Origin: Dehalococcoidia bacterium
GTDB lineage: Bacteria; Chloroflexota; Dehalococcoidia; Plut-88900
NCBI GenBank assembly: GCA_965197645.1
Contig: OZ240219.1
Span: forward strand, 3,008,001-3,072,000
DNA: 64,000 bases
Direction: 5' to 3'
The translations under genes were made by a program, and so were the position numbers. Numbering within the stretch: the first letter of the stretch is position 1; each line of letters begins with the position of its first letter. The notes under the pieces were generated by a model. That model was not told the origin of the DNA. It searched no databases and saw only the letters and a program-made list of their open reading frames with translations. Positions 53,494 to 62,970 of this stretch are shown here, in pieces.

Positions 53494-55935
53494 ATGAAGT
53501 CCCACTGCTTTCGGATACTCTACAGTGTAACCATTCTCCTGGTCACGTCCCTCTTCATCTTCACGGCGGCGACCGTCTTGGCCGACTCCGACGACGATAA
53601 CCAGGGGTCCCAGGAGGAAACGGAGCGCTGTCCCTGGTGTCAGCCCCCGACTCAGACCCCGACTTCCGTTCCGTCTCCAACGCCAACATCCACCACCGTG
53701 CCTACCACCGTGCCCACGGCAACGTCGACCCCTACTCCCAACCCCACCCCCATTGCTACGCCAGTCCGTCCCCTTCCTCCAGTTCCTACCGGAGTCGAAG
53801 TCGACAGCTCCACTTGTACTTCCATCCTGCTAGTTTGGGATGAGATGAGTGGCGTCAGCCAATACGGTGTGATCTGGGGAGAAGAGGGAGTGGAGACCAG
53901 GGAGGCCAAGGATGAGCGTGTACCCGGAGGACCCAACGCATTAAAATACCTCGCCGACCTGGAGCCCGGCACCCGCTACCACTTCAGGGTCCGGGCCTAT
54001 GGGGACGGCGGTACATACCGCCAGGGCTGGGGACCGCTGTCCGGTACAGTTTACGGCCAGACGAACGAGCTGAGCACCTGCGAAATCCCTACGCCTATAC
54101 CGACGGCCACTCCCACTCCCAACCCCACCCCCATTGCTACGCCAGTCCGTCCCCTTCCTCCAGTTCCTACCGGAGTCGAAGTCGACAGCTCCACTTGTAC
54201 TTCCATCCTGCTAGTTTGGGATGAGATGAGTGGCGTCAGCCAATACGGTGTGATCTGGGGAGAAGAAGGAGTGGAGACCAGAGAGGCCAGAGAAGAGCGT
54301 GTACCCGGAGGGCCCAACGCATTAAAATACCTCGCCGACCTGGAGCCCGGCACCCGCTACCACTTCAGGGTCCGGGCCTATGGGGACGGCGGTACATACC
54401 GCCAGGGCTGGGGACCGCTGTCCAGCACGGTTTACGGCCAGACGAACGAGCTGAACACCTGCGAAATCCCTACACCTACGCCTACGCCTACTCCCACGCC
54501 CACGCCTATGCCTACTCCCACACCCACACCCACGCCTACGCCTACTCCCACACCCACACCCACGCCTACGCCTATGCCTACTCCCACACCCACACCCACA
54601 CCCACACCCACACCCACGCCTACGCCTACGCCTACGCCCACTCCCACTCCTACGCCCACTCCAAACCTGCCCACCGCGGACGACTGCGACCGCAACATCG
54701 CAGTCCTGAACCGGAAAGAGAAAATCAATGACGAGCTGCGCGGGGACTGCCGGGCACTGCTGACCGCTATCGTCGCCATGAAGGGCACCAACCCGGCGCC
54801 TGATCTCAACTGGGGCACTGCCGGACACCTGTCCTCGGCCTGGGACGGCGTTACCGTCGAAACCATCGGGGGCAAAAGCCGCATTACCGGCCTCGACCTG
54901 AGCGACAAGGGTATCGATGGCACCCTGGCTTCGGCCCTCGCAGACCTGACGGCACTGAAGCACCTGGACCTGTCCGACAACGCCATGGGCGGAACGATAA
55001 GCACGGGGAAGATCCCGGCCAGCGAACTGCGGACCCTGGACCTATCAAATAACGCTTTTACCGGAAAGCTGCCCAGTTCAATGCTGGCGTTTTGGCAGGC
55101 AACCTCGATTGACCTGTCCAACAATCGCTTCACGGGCCCGATACCGAGGGATCTGCACGTCCTGGCGGGATTCAACCTCACATCCCTCTACCTGGCGGGT
55201 AACCTTCTCGACGGATGTTTAAACAACACACAGGAGGACTCGTTTGCGATGATTCCCAACAACGATATCAGCAGCCTGGCCTGCTACGCCCCTGTAGAGG
55301 ACGCCCCCGCTGCCGACAGCCGTTGCTCCGATGGGTGGGACCTCCTGGTCATATCCAAGGAAACCTACAAGAAGACCGTCAACGATCCGGCTGGATATAC
55401 ACACAAGCTCCGCATGAACATAATGGGTAATGCGCTGGTCGACCTACTCCCGCCCACAGAGCATTGCATCCAGGGAAAATTCTTCGTGAAGGCGACACCC
55501 GGCGTTGACAGCATGACGGTGGAGGTTGACCTTCACGATGCCCCGCTGTCCTTCTTTACCAAGACCGATGCCCAGATAAGGGAGATGGACTACTACTCGT
55601 TCAGGGAGTCGATTACCAGGTTTGTAGTGCCCGCCGACCCAACCCGGACAGTGCCGGACTTTATCTGCACCATGTGCAGGGGCGGTACCGCCCAGACGAC
55701 GCCGGGGCTGATCGTCGAAACCGGGCTGCTGGACCGCCACAAAGTCATCGCTTACGGCAATTACAGCTTTACCGTCGGCGACCATTCCAGAGAAGACATT
55801 CCGGCGGCGGTGGGCTGGGAGGTACAGTACACGGATGGCGAAGCCGCCGGGCGGTTGTTGGAGCTCAAGGAATATGCACCCTCGGACATGCACAGCCAGA
55901 TAGAAATATGGCATGACCGATACGAGGATGAATAG
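53494..55935 (+). CDS. Secreted 2xFN3-(Pro-Thr)n-LRR protein, C-terminal variant 2
   Basis: Same N-terminus as 44491-46551 plus an extra FN3; different 215-aa C-terminal domain. Confidence 0.9.
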   Translation: MKSHCFRILYSVTILLVTSLFIFTAATVLADSDDDNQGSQEETERCPWCQPPTQTPTSVPSPTPTSTTVPTTVPTATSTPTPNPTPIATPVRPLPPVPTGVEVDSSTCTSILLVWDEMSGVSQYGVIWGEEGVETREAKDERVPGGPNALKYLADLEPGTRYHFRVRAYGDGGTYRQGWGPLSGTVYGQTNELSTCEIPTPIPTATPTPNPTPIATPVRPLPPVPTGVEVDSSTCTSILLVWDEMSGVSQYGVIWGEEGVETREAREERVPGGPNALKYLADLEPGTRYHFRVRAYGDGGTYRQGWGPLSSTVYGQTNELNTCEIPTPTPTPTPTPTPMPTPTPTPTPTPTPTPTPTPTPMPTPTPTPTPTPTPTPTPTPTPTPTPTPTPNLPTADDCDRNIAVLNRKEKINDELRGDCRALLTAIVAMKGTNPAPDLNWGTAGHLSSAWDGVTVETIGGKSRITGLDLSDKGIDGTLASALADLTALKHLDLSDNAMGGTISTGKIPASELRTLDLSNNAFTGKLPSSMLAFWQATSIDLSNNRFTGPIPRDLHVLAGFNLTSLYLAGNLLDGCLNNTQEDSFAMIPNNDISSLACYAPVEDAPAADSRCSDGWDLLVISKETYKKTVNDPAGYTHKLRMNIMGNALVDLLPPTEHCIQGKFFVKATPGVDSMTVEVDLHDAPLSFFTKTDAQIREMDYYSFRESITRFVVPADPTRTVPDFICTMCRGGTAQTTPGLIVETGLLDRHKVIAYGNYSFTVGDHSREDIPAAVGWEVQYTDGEAAGRLLELKEYAPSDMHSQIEIWHDRYEDE
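54469..54663 (+). repeat. Pro-Thr tandem repeat (65 codons)
   Basis: CCNACN repeats. Confidence 0.95.
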
Positions 55936-55976
55936 GCACGGCTCTGGTACGCTAAGATTCTGAAAGGAGGCCAACG

Positions 55977-56681
55977 ATGGGCCTGTTACTCTCGAATAGC
56001 TACAGGATGTGGGTGCTGAGATTGGCGGTCGTGGCCGCACTGGCCGGCGGACTGTCCTGGTGGGCCCTATCAGGCGACGACTATCTGGAGGCCACCGGCG
56101 ATGCGGCCCAGTCATGCCACCAAGCCGAGCCGCTGCAGGACGTGGACATACTGCTGCACTCAGAGGTTTACGTGGACGGCAAGCTGGAGATCACCCGGAC
56201 CCTTAATTATCACCTGTCCGGCGAAAATGTCCTTATGCTTTGGGACGAGCGCCCGAAAGAGGCCAAGTTGTACTACGAGGGCACGGTGTACCACCGCGAT
56301 GAAGAAGGAAACTGGACGAAGGGGCACGACTACGGCGCCTACAAAAACAGGTTTGTTTTCCCTCTGAGCGTGGATAGCATCTGTCCCAACCTGGCCGCCT
56401 TCGCCTACGCCAGCACCGACAAGGTGGAAGATCAGAGCGCCAAGAAGTTCACGGTGCCCACCCTATCCGGCGAGCCATTCGACAACAGCTGGCCAACCAC
56501 CAGCGAGCCGCCGCTGATTTACGACTGGGCGATCTGGATCAACGACGCCGGTTACATAGTCAAGGCCACGTACAAGGGGCGGTACGGCTGGAAAGAGGGC
56601 ATGGAGAAATGGGAGTCCCACGTTACCGCGGTCTACACGGAGCATGGCGTGCGCAACGTCATGCCCAACCGAAGTAAGTGA
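55977..56681 (+). CDS. LolA/LppX-like paralogue 6 (subfamily B), immediately after LRR variant 2
   Basis: LLSNSYRMW leader, TM, SCH...ICP, WDERPKEAKLY, WAIWINDAGY. Confidence 0.75.
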   Translation: MGLLLSNSYRMWVLRLAVVAALAGGLSWWALSGDDYLEATGDAAQSCHQAEPLQDVDILLHSEVYVDGKLEITRTLNYHLSGENVLMLWDERPKEAKLYYEGTVYHRDEEGNWTKGHDYGAYKNRFVFPLSVDSICPNLAAFAYASTDKVEDQSAKKFTVPTLSGEPFDNSWPTTSEPPLIYDWAIWINDAGYIVKATYKGRYGWKEGMEKWESHVTAVYTEHGVRNVMPNRSK

Positions 56682-57186
56682 AAGGCTCACTTAGACAGCG
56701 CTCCCCCGACTCCTGGGAATTGACGATCGACCTGGGGCGGGACCCGTCCGGTAAGCGCCGCCGCAAGTACCACACGGTCCGGGGCACCAAGGCTCGGGCC
56801 GAGCGACGGCTCCGGGAGTTCCTCACCCTCCTCGACTAGGGAGCCACACTTCCGGCCGAGCGGGTCTCCCTCCGGGACTGGCTCCACCGATTGCTCCGGG
56901 AGCAGATCGAACCCCGGCGCTGAAAGCAGACCAAGGAGCGATATGGCATCGCCATCGATAGGTACATTGTTCCGGCAGTGGGGGACATCCCCATTGCCAA
57001 GCTAACCTCCACCCACGTGCAGGCCTTCGAGACTAACCTGCTTACGCGCTTGGGGCCCGCCACCATCCATCTCATCCACGCCGTCCTCTCCGGCGCCCTC
57101 AAGCACGCCATGAGGATGGAGCCGGTGTACCGCGACATCGCCTCCCTGATCTCGCCGCCGCCGCTGGAGCGGGAGGAGGTGAACCC
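56678..57186 (+). pseudogene. Tyrosine integrase N-terminal half (arm-binding + core-binding), two in-frame stops, catalytic domain deleted
   Basis: VKGSLRQRSPDSWELTIDLGRDPSGKRRRKYHTVRGTKARAERRLRE...LD*G...PRR*KQTKERY...YIVPAVGDIPIAKLTSTHVQ...HAVLSGALKHA. Confidence 0.88.
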
Positions 57187-57619
57187 CGCCGCACTGCGCG
57201 GCATGGCGGAGTGCCTGCCGGGTGACCCTCGACGGTGGATCATCGACGCGGGCAACGACACCAACTGGGGACAGGTGCTGGTGGGCAACGTCGCCGACCA
57301 GGTGTCATGGGATGAGCCCACTTTCGTGGACGAGACCTGCCACCTGGCACCCGCGCCAACGCTCCAGCGCCCCGACCTGCTGACGATGGTCTCGTCCAGG
57401 CCGCCGGACGTGGACTGCGCGGCGGTCTTCGATCTCACCGACCAGGACCCCACCATCAACCAAATGATGGCGTCGCTAGTGCTGCAGGTGGTACGCCGAA
57501 TAGTGGCGGGCACCTGCCCATTCATGGCCCTCTACCTGGACATGGACCTGGGTACCGTCACGCCCACCTACATCACCCCGAAGGCGGTGGAGCGGACCGT
57601 GGGGACCTACGTCGAATGA
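57187..57619 (+). pseudogene. C-terminal half of ThiF/E1 from a sibling element, fused in frame to the integrase remnant
   Basis: MAECLPGDPRRWIIDAGNDTNWGQVLVGN... highly similar to 42131-42565. Confidence 0.92.
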
Positions 57620-57666
57620 TCGGCGCACGTGGACGCACTCAGAGAACGACCAAGAAAGGAGAAACC

Positions 57667-58050
57667 ATGAACGATAAGAACGGAACGACCACGATGTGGC
57701 AGGACAACCACAGTGGGCTACGCAGACACAAGCTGATGACGAAAGAGCTCGAGGACACGATCCCTGGCCTCTACGCCAACGAGAACGTCGAGGACTACGA
57801 CGCCGTAGTTGCCAAGGCGAAGCTCTTCAGGCCCTACACCAATTGGACATGGTACATCACAGAGTGGAATGCAGAGACCGGGCTCTGCTTCGGCCTCGTG
57901 GAGGGGTTCGAGGTGGAACTGGGCTACTTCGATCTGACGGAGCTGGCGGAGGCGACCGTGTTCGGCGACGTCCCCGCAGTGGACCGCGACCTCTACTGGA
58001 AACCGAAGACCCTTGGCGAGATTAGGAGACAGGGGCGGATGGCGGCCTAG
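57667..58050 (+). CDS. DUF2958 family protein (second copy)
   Basis: Homologous to 42617-43012. Confidence 0.88.
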   Translation: MNDKNGTTTMWQDNHSGLRRHKLMTKELEDTIPGLYANENVEDYDAVVAKAKLFRPYTNWTWYITEWNAETGLCFGLVEGFEVELGYFDLTELAEATVFGDVPAVDRDLYWKPKTLGEIRRQGRMAA

Positions 58051-58099
58051 CGGTTTGACGCAAGGAGAGCAAGAGAAACAACAAGGAAAGGAGAAGACC

Positions 58100-58624
58100 A
58101 TGCCTGACGAGAACGGAACGGAAGCAACCCGCGCGGACGTATCGAGCGCCGCCGAGAGTCTCTTTGGCGACTCGACGGACGACAGGGCTGCCCCGGTCGT
58201 CCAGGAGGAAGACTCCCACGATGCGGTCCCTGATGAGCCGAAGGGCGGCGGGGAGACAGCACAGGAGGAACAGGGCTCCGGTGACGCCGAGGGCCAAGCC
58301 GCTGGAGATGAGGCCCAACCGTCCGAGGACCTGAAGGTGGTCGTGTCCATCAAGGGCGGCAGGGCCACCATCGGCGTACAGCAGCCCTCGTCGGACCCGC
58401 ACATCGAGACCTTCGACGACCTGGACGTATCCGGGTTGACGCAGGAGGCCCTGGCAGTGGTCGAGAGGGCCTAGGCCAAATGGGAGGACGGACCCAAGCA
58501 CCCCGCTCACGTCAGACCCTCTCCCCCGGCCAGGCGCCGGACCCGGCGCGGGCAGGGGGCGGCCCAGGCGAATGCCGGGGGAGAGGCGGACCAGCAGCAG
58601 CCCCAGACGCTGAGGCTGTTCTAA
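58100..58624 (+). pseudogene. Second copy of the PRTRC E-like protein, in-frame TAG at 58472-58474
   Basis: Homologous to 43060-43560 on both sides of the stop; ends QTLRLF*. Confidence 0.85.
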
Positions 58625-59527
58625 GGGGATCGGTCGGCGGGGTGTGCTGACCGCAGGGACACGGGGAAACCGTCGCACTATCTGCTACGGCCTCCCCCGC
58701 CCATCGATATATGCGGCCTTTTTGCATTTCAGGAAAGGGAGAAGATCCGATGAAGAACCGCGACGATGAGACCATGAAGGTGCCGTTGGAGACCAACAGG
58801 AGGCACGGGGAAGTATACCGGGTTACGATATCTCCTTCCCACAGGCCCTTCTATCAGCCTTTATTACGTTTCAGCCGGACCGCATGTCTATATATGCGGC
58901 GTTGTTTCGTTTGCTCTGTCCGATTACTGCAAGCTCAGCGGATTATAGGGCAGAGTGCAGTACTGCTAATCGAGGGATTACAAGAGCACCTGTCCTGTGA
59001 TTCAACAACACGATCGCCGACAATAGCGGCCTCCTAAGCACTAATGAAGTTATTGGCCCTCCCACATTTCATTGGTGGATACGGGTGTTTCCATTGATCT
59101 TCTATTTCTATCGTTCTAGTTACCCATGGACCCCGGAAAGTCCTAACCGGGCGCCGAAGTAGTCAGTTGTACCTGAGATCATCCCGAGTGCGGGTTTGTG
59201 GGTCGGGGCCGCGGGGTCGTTGTGGGTGCTGCAGTCGTCCCTCCGTGCGAGTTTATGGGTCGGGGCTACGGGGTCGAGGGTGGCTGTGTCCCCGGGGAGA
59301 CAGGGGCCGTGGCCGCCACCCATCGGGTCTCTTGAACGTCAGTGGTGGTTTCGACCCATTGGGTACATCGTTCGGTATCTGTCTCGACGGTGACCCACCG
59401 GGTCTCCCGTTCACCGTCGCGAGCCCGTGCTCCTGCTGGGGACCATAGGCCCAGAGCTGTCCAGGGAGGCTCTCAGAGAGATCTCCCCCTTCATTCGATT
59501 CATACACCAAGAGGATACTAAAGGAGA

Positions 59528-59992
59528 GTGACAATGAACGGACGGGAGGAGGCCAAGCGCCTGAGGTCCCAGTTCACATACGAGGAGATGGGCAACCTTG
59601 AGAAAGTAACCCGTTGCCTCGGCCTGCGGATATGTTGCTGGCCGGGACCCGTGCCGGATGTCCTCTACGTGGTGGCGGGCCGCTGCCTGCTCATTCCCCG
59701 GGCCCTAGGCCAGCTCTACCGGCGCTGGTCTATCGCCAATGCCATCGGCCACTGGTACACTCACCCCCAGGGCAACGAGTTCCGGCGGCCCCTTACCCCC
59801 ATCAAGAGGGCCGCCTTGCGCTATGAGGCTTCGTCCTTTGCTTTCTACCTCCTGGTTGATGTCGACGAGGCCGATCGTCTGGGCATGACCGACCCGGTAC
59901 AAATAGGGGAGAAATACGGCATCCCACCTGATGTAATCGAAGCCTATCAGGGAGAGTGGCTGGTCCCCTTGACCGGGGCGAAGCTGCCATAA
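59528..59992 (+). CDS. Degenerate ImmA/IrrE-like protein
   Basis: RRWSIANAIGHWYTH (HExxH replaced by NAIGH) and YEASSFAFYLLV; AAGGAG RBS. Confidence 0.7.
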   Translation: MTMNGREEAKRLRSQFTYEEMGNLEKVTRCLGLRICCWPGPVPDVLYVVAGRCLLIPRALGQLYRRWSIANAIGHWYTHPQGNEFRRPLTPIKRAALRYEASSFAFYLLVDVDEADRLGMTDPVQIGEKYGIPPDVIEAYQGEWLVPLTGAKLP

Positions 59993-60346
59993 GGAAGAAG
60001 TCCGGGAGACAAGCGGCAACATGCTCAAGGTAGCTCCTAAGATGACGGTTGGGATTTGGGGGCGCTAATTGTCTAATGGCTGAAGTAAAACCTGCGGGCA
60101 ACGGACCCGAAACTCCCCTGAGCAGGAAAAAACAGGACTACAGACTTGGAATGGGCAACAAATCCCGGCGGCCGAGACGAACCCGCAATGCCCTCCCTAT
60201 CCTTCTCTACTTGATGGCGTCTGAAAGCAACCGCCGCTACAGGATAACGGAAATCTCTTCATCGCAGGCGTGCTGGTTACCATACCAGCTGCGTGCGATC
60301 GATATAGCGTTGGACCGGGATCTTAGACCCTGGAGCCGCTGCCTGA

Positions 60347-60787
60347 ATGGTCAAGTCTTTCTCCCTCACGGAACTGGCGGTGAGGATCAGGGCAGCGCTG
60401 CGCAACCAGGAGGCGTCCGAGCTGTCACAGCACTGTGTGCTGGGCGACCTGACCATCAACCATGCCGAGCGCCGGGTTAGCCTCGCCGGTCGTCCGGTCC
60501 GGCTGATTGTCATGGAGTACCGGACGCTCGCGGAGGTTTCGGCCTGCGGCAGCCGGGTGTGGACCTACGAGCACCTGCTGAGACGGGTCTGGGAGCTTGA
60601 GGGCGATGCCGACGTTCGTCCAATGCGCACTGCGATAAGCAGCCTGCGCCGCAAGCTGGGCGACGACGCCGAGAACCTGGCCTATATCTTCATTCAGCTC
60701 CGTGTCGGCTACCGGATGCCGAAGAGGGAGCCAGCTAATGGGACCGAGTCCGCCAACAGGGGACCTTCTGATGGAACCTCGGCATGA
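60347..60787 (+). pseudogene. C-terminal fragment (REC end + OmpR wHTH) paralogous to the hybrid kinase tail
   Basis: VKSFSLTELAVRIRAALR...VLGDLTINHAERRV...LRRKLGDDAENLAYIF...VGYRMPK. Confidence 0.85.
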
Positions 60788-61135
60788 CTTCCGACCACCA
60801 TTAGTTCAGCCACTCGATTGAAATCAAAAGCAAGTATAGAGAACGAACCAGGCGGAGCTTATGCAGAAAATGGAAGATAGGCTTGCCGGCACCGCTGTGA
60901 TTGCCTACCTAGGGGCGCTTCTCATGGGACAGTCGTGGCGTATCTGGGAAGGCTCAGAACGCACAGCAGTGCTGCTTTTTGTTTTCCCTGTCCCCGACTA
61001 TTTGGGAGTCGTGATCTTGACCCTCACGTCCGTCCTGTCCGTCCAGAGCTCAACTCCCCACCTCGCCCTTCGAGTCTATCAATCGCGAGGTTCCTGCTTC
61101 GAGGTGGGTGTGATGGCTAATCGGTAGTGAGATTG

Positions 61136-61573
61136 TCAGCCCAAGTGGATTATGTCGATATCGCCCCAATGGCGGTTCAAATACTCGGCAACCAGCCGAC
61201 GGTGGCAGTGTTCCGGCTTGTCCTCGCTACACAGCAGGCACGCATCAGCAATCGTCCTCTTTATTCCCTTCTTCGAAATGCGCCGTTCATCCATCAGGGC
61301 GAGGAACTCTCGCTCATAAATTTTCCAGTCACGATGCGCTTTGCGGTAGGAGGCCAGCATCTCCGGGGTGGGAGCTAGCTCAGGAATGTGGACGTATTTC
61401 ATGCGACAAATCTTTTGGAGAAAGTACTCAAGGTCGCTTTTCTTGGCAAATCCTGCAAGTTGCGAGACATTGTTCAGCCGTACGTCGACCAAACGTCTTG
61501 CACCGGATTCGCGGAGCGACTCAAAAAACTCGGAGGCGGATTTCTTTGTAAAGCCAATTGTATAGACTTTCAA
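61136..61573 (-). CDS. DUF488 family protein (short type)
   Basis: VYTIGFTKKSA, LVDVRLNNVSQLAGFAK, ELAP, CLLCSEDKPEHCHRRLVAEYL. Confidence 0.92.
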   Translation of the reverse strand: MKVYTIGFTKKSASEFFESLRESGARRLVDVRLNNVSQLAGFAKKSDLEYFLQKICRMKYVHIPELAPTPEMLASYRKAHRDWKIYEREFLALMDERRISKKGIKRTIADACLLCSEDKPEHCHRRLVAEYLNRHWGDIDIIHLG

Positions 61574-62199
61574 AATGCATGCCTCCGGCTGTCGGCGGGC
61601 GGTCCTTCGGCAACATACGCTATTTTTCTAGCTCTACGAGCTAGAGCATCGTCAATTACCTCGTCTCGCGAGCGAAACAAGTCACCGTTATGAGGCAATT
61701 TGAAAATGTCCATTAGACGATTCAATGTGGCATCGTACCCTTCCACACTCCCGTTGGCGAGGATATGTTCGACAGTGACGCCGCGCTGTTCCAGCACCTT
61801 AGCAATTAAGAGCGTTCGGTGGCAGTCTAAGGGCTCCTTTTCGCTACACATTACGGCAACACGGCGCTCGTCAGCCGCACGCACAACACGCCTGATGCCA
61901 TCATCGAACAAGTCGGAGTTCGCTAGACGATCATATCTCACGCGTCCTTGCTCGTCATAGCACGATCGGTCTACGGGGCGGCCACCTAGCTCTCCACCAA
62001 GGAATACGTAACTGATTCCTGCTTCTTCTAGTGCAGCACTCAGAACCTCGTAGTTGAAGTGCGGGCTATAGCGACTGGATGGTGATGAGCGAACGTCCAT
62101 CACTTCATCGATGCAATGCTTCCGCAGCAACTCGAGAAATGTCCCAGTCGAGTGGTTAGAGTGCCCGACCGTGAATACCTGATATTGTGTTGAGTTCAA
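61570..62199 (-). CDS. DUF488 family protein (long type)
   Basis: FTVGHSNH, DVRSSPSSR, ELGGRP, MCSEKEPLDCHR; probable TTG start. Confidence 0.92.
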   Translation of the reverse strand: MNSTQYQVFTVGHSNHSTGTFLELLRKHCIDEVMDVRSSPSSRYSPHFNYEVLSAALEEAGISYVFLGGELGGRPVDRSCYDEQGRVRYDRLANSDLFDDGIRRVVRAADERRVAVMCSEKEPLDCHRTLLIAKVLEQRGVTVEHILANGSVEGYDATLNRLMDIFKLPHNGDLFRSRDEVIDDALARRARKIAYVAEGPPADSRRHAF

Positions 62200-62212
62200 G
62201 GTTCTTCCAGTG

Positions 62213-62902
62213 TCAAGGTTTGATGATGGCGGCGGCGAGCTTGTAGGCATATCCATCCTCATTCACTCCGCTTAGACTGACGGTGACGTAGCATTCGCCA
62301 AGCCGATAGGTGCCATCGGGGCGCCGTTTGTATTCCACCTCGTAGCCAGGATCAGTAAGCCACATCCAGTGATCCGTTCCTTTGTATCGAAAACGGGCTT
62401 GCGTTCTCCGACGGTTAGACTCTGTCCAGGGGTTATATTGGTTAAACACACAGATGGCCAGATTGACCTTGATGAGACACAGAGAATTGCCAATGCAGTC
62501 GGCATCTGAGGCTCTAACTTTGTCATTTTGTCCTTGGCTGGTCTTACACCCATTGACCCAGAGTGTTTCGGGTTCGTCGATCCACTCGGGAAGATCAGCT
62601 ACGCTAACACTACCCACCTTGGCCCAACGTCGGTTAAGATCAAGCAGCCAATTCTCTTGCTGGTGACCCCTCGGCAGCGCGTTGAGCACCGGTACGTCCA
62701 TGACATCAAGCAGACTGGGTGTACCACCGTCCACATAGCAGGACACCCCTGCAGCCACGCCTTCGTTCTCCCGACCGCTTACGGGCCTCACCCAGGGGCC
62801 AGGCCGCCCGTCGGACTCTAGAACTCTGCCAGCAACACAGCTTCCCCGGGGCATACGTGAATTGGCCAAGCATACGAGGCGTCTAACGGTGACTGACGGC
62901 AT
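62213..62902 (-). CDS. Dual OB-fold domain protein
   Basis: LVCLANSRMPRGSCVAG, WVRPVS, HQQENW, SLCLIK, LTDP, VTVSLS...YKLAAAII. Confidence 0.8.
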   Translation of the reverse strand: MPSVTVRRLVCLANSRMPRGSCVAGRVLESDGRPGPWVRPVSGRENEGVAAGVSCYVDGGTPSLLDVMDVPVLNALPRGHQQENWLLDLNRRWAKVGSVSVADLPEWIDEPETLWVNGCKTSQGQNDKVRASDADCIGNSLCLIKVNLAICVFNQYNPWTESNRRRTQARFRYKGTDHWMWLTDPGYEVEYKRRPDGTYRLGECYVTVSLSGVNEDGYAYKLAAAIIKP

Positions 62903-62970
62903 AGCCCTGCTCCGCAGAGTGGTGTGACTCCAGTATTCTATTTCCAAGCGGGTTGGTCCAGCAACCCTTT

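Larger units (their letters stand above)
52934..55287 (+). repeat. Copy 2 of the duplicated segment, with an internal 381-bp FN3 tandem duplication
   Basis: Identity with copy 1 ends abruptly after ...AGCCTGGCCTGCTAC (SLACY). Confidence 0.95.

Noticed and set aside
43931-55935. Duplicated segment as a diversity-generating retroelement TR/VR pair
   Set aside because: No reverse transcriptase, and the differences are block swaps, not adenine-specific substitutions
31106-58474. Several in-frame TAG codons (31106, 43880, 56837, 58472) as amber recoding
   Set aside because: TAG ends many intact genes here, most cases lie in obvious relics, and in-frame TGA stops occur too
59188-59276. Two imperfect 32-bp direct repeats with a 57-bp period as a mini-CRISPR
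   Set aside because: Only two degenerate, non-palindromic copies with no leader or cas genes; more likely a local duplication
60861-61127. Hydrophobic 88-aa ORF
   Set aside because: May be a truncated membrane protein, but there is no family evidence
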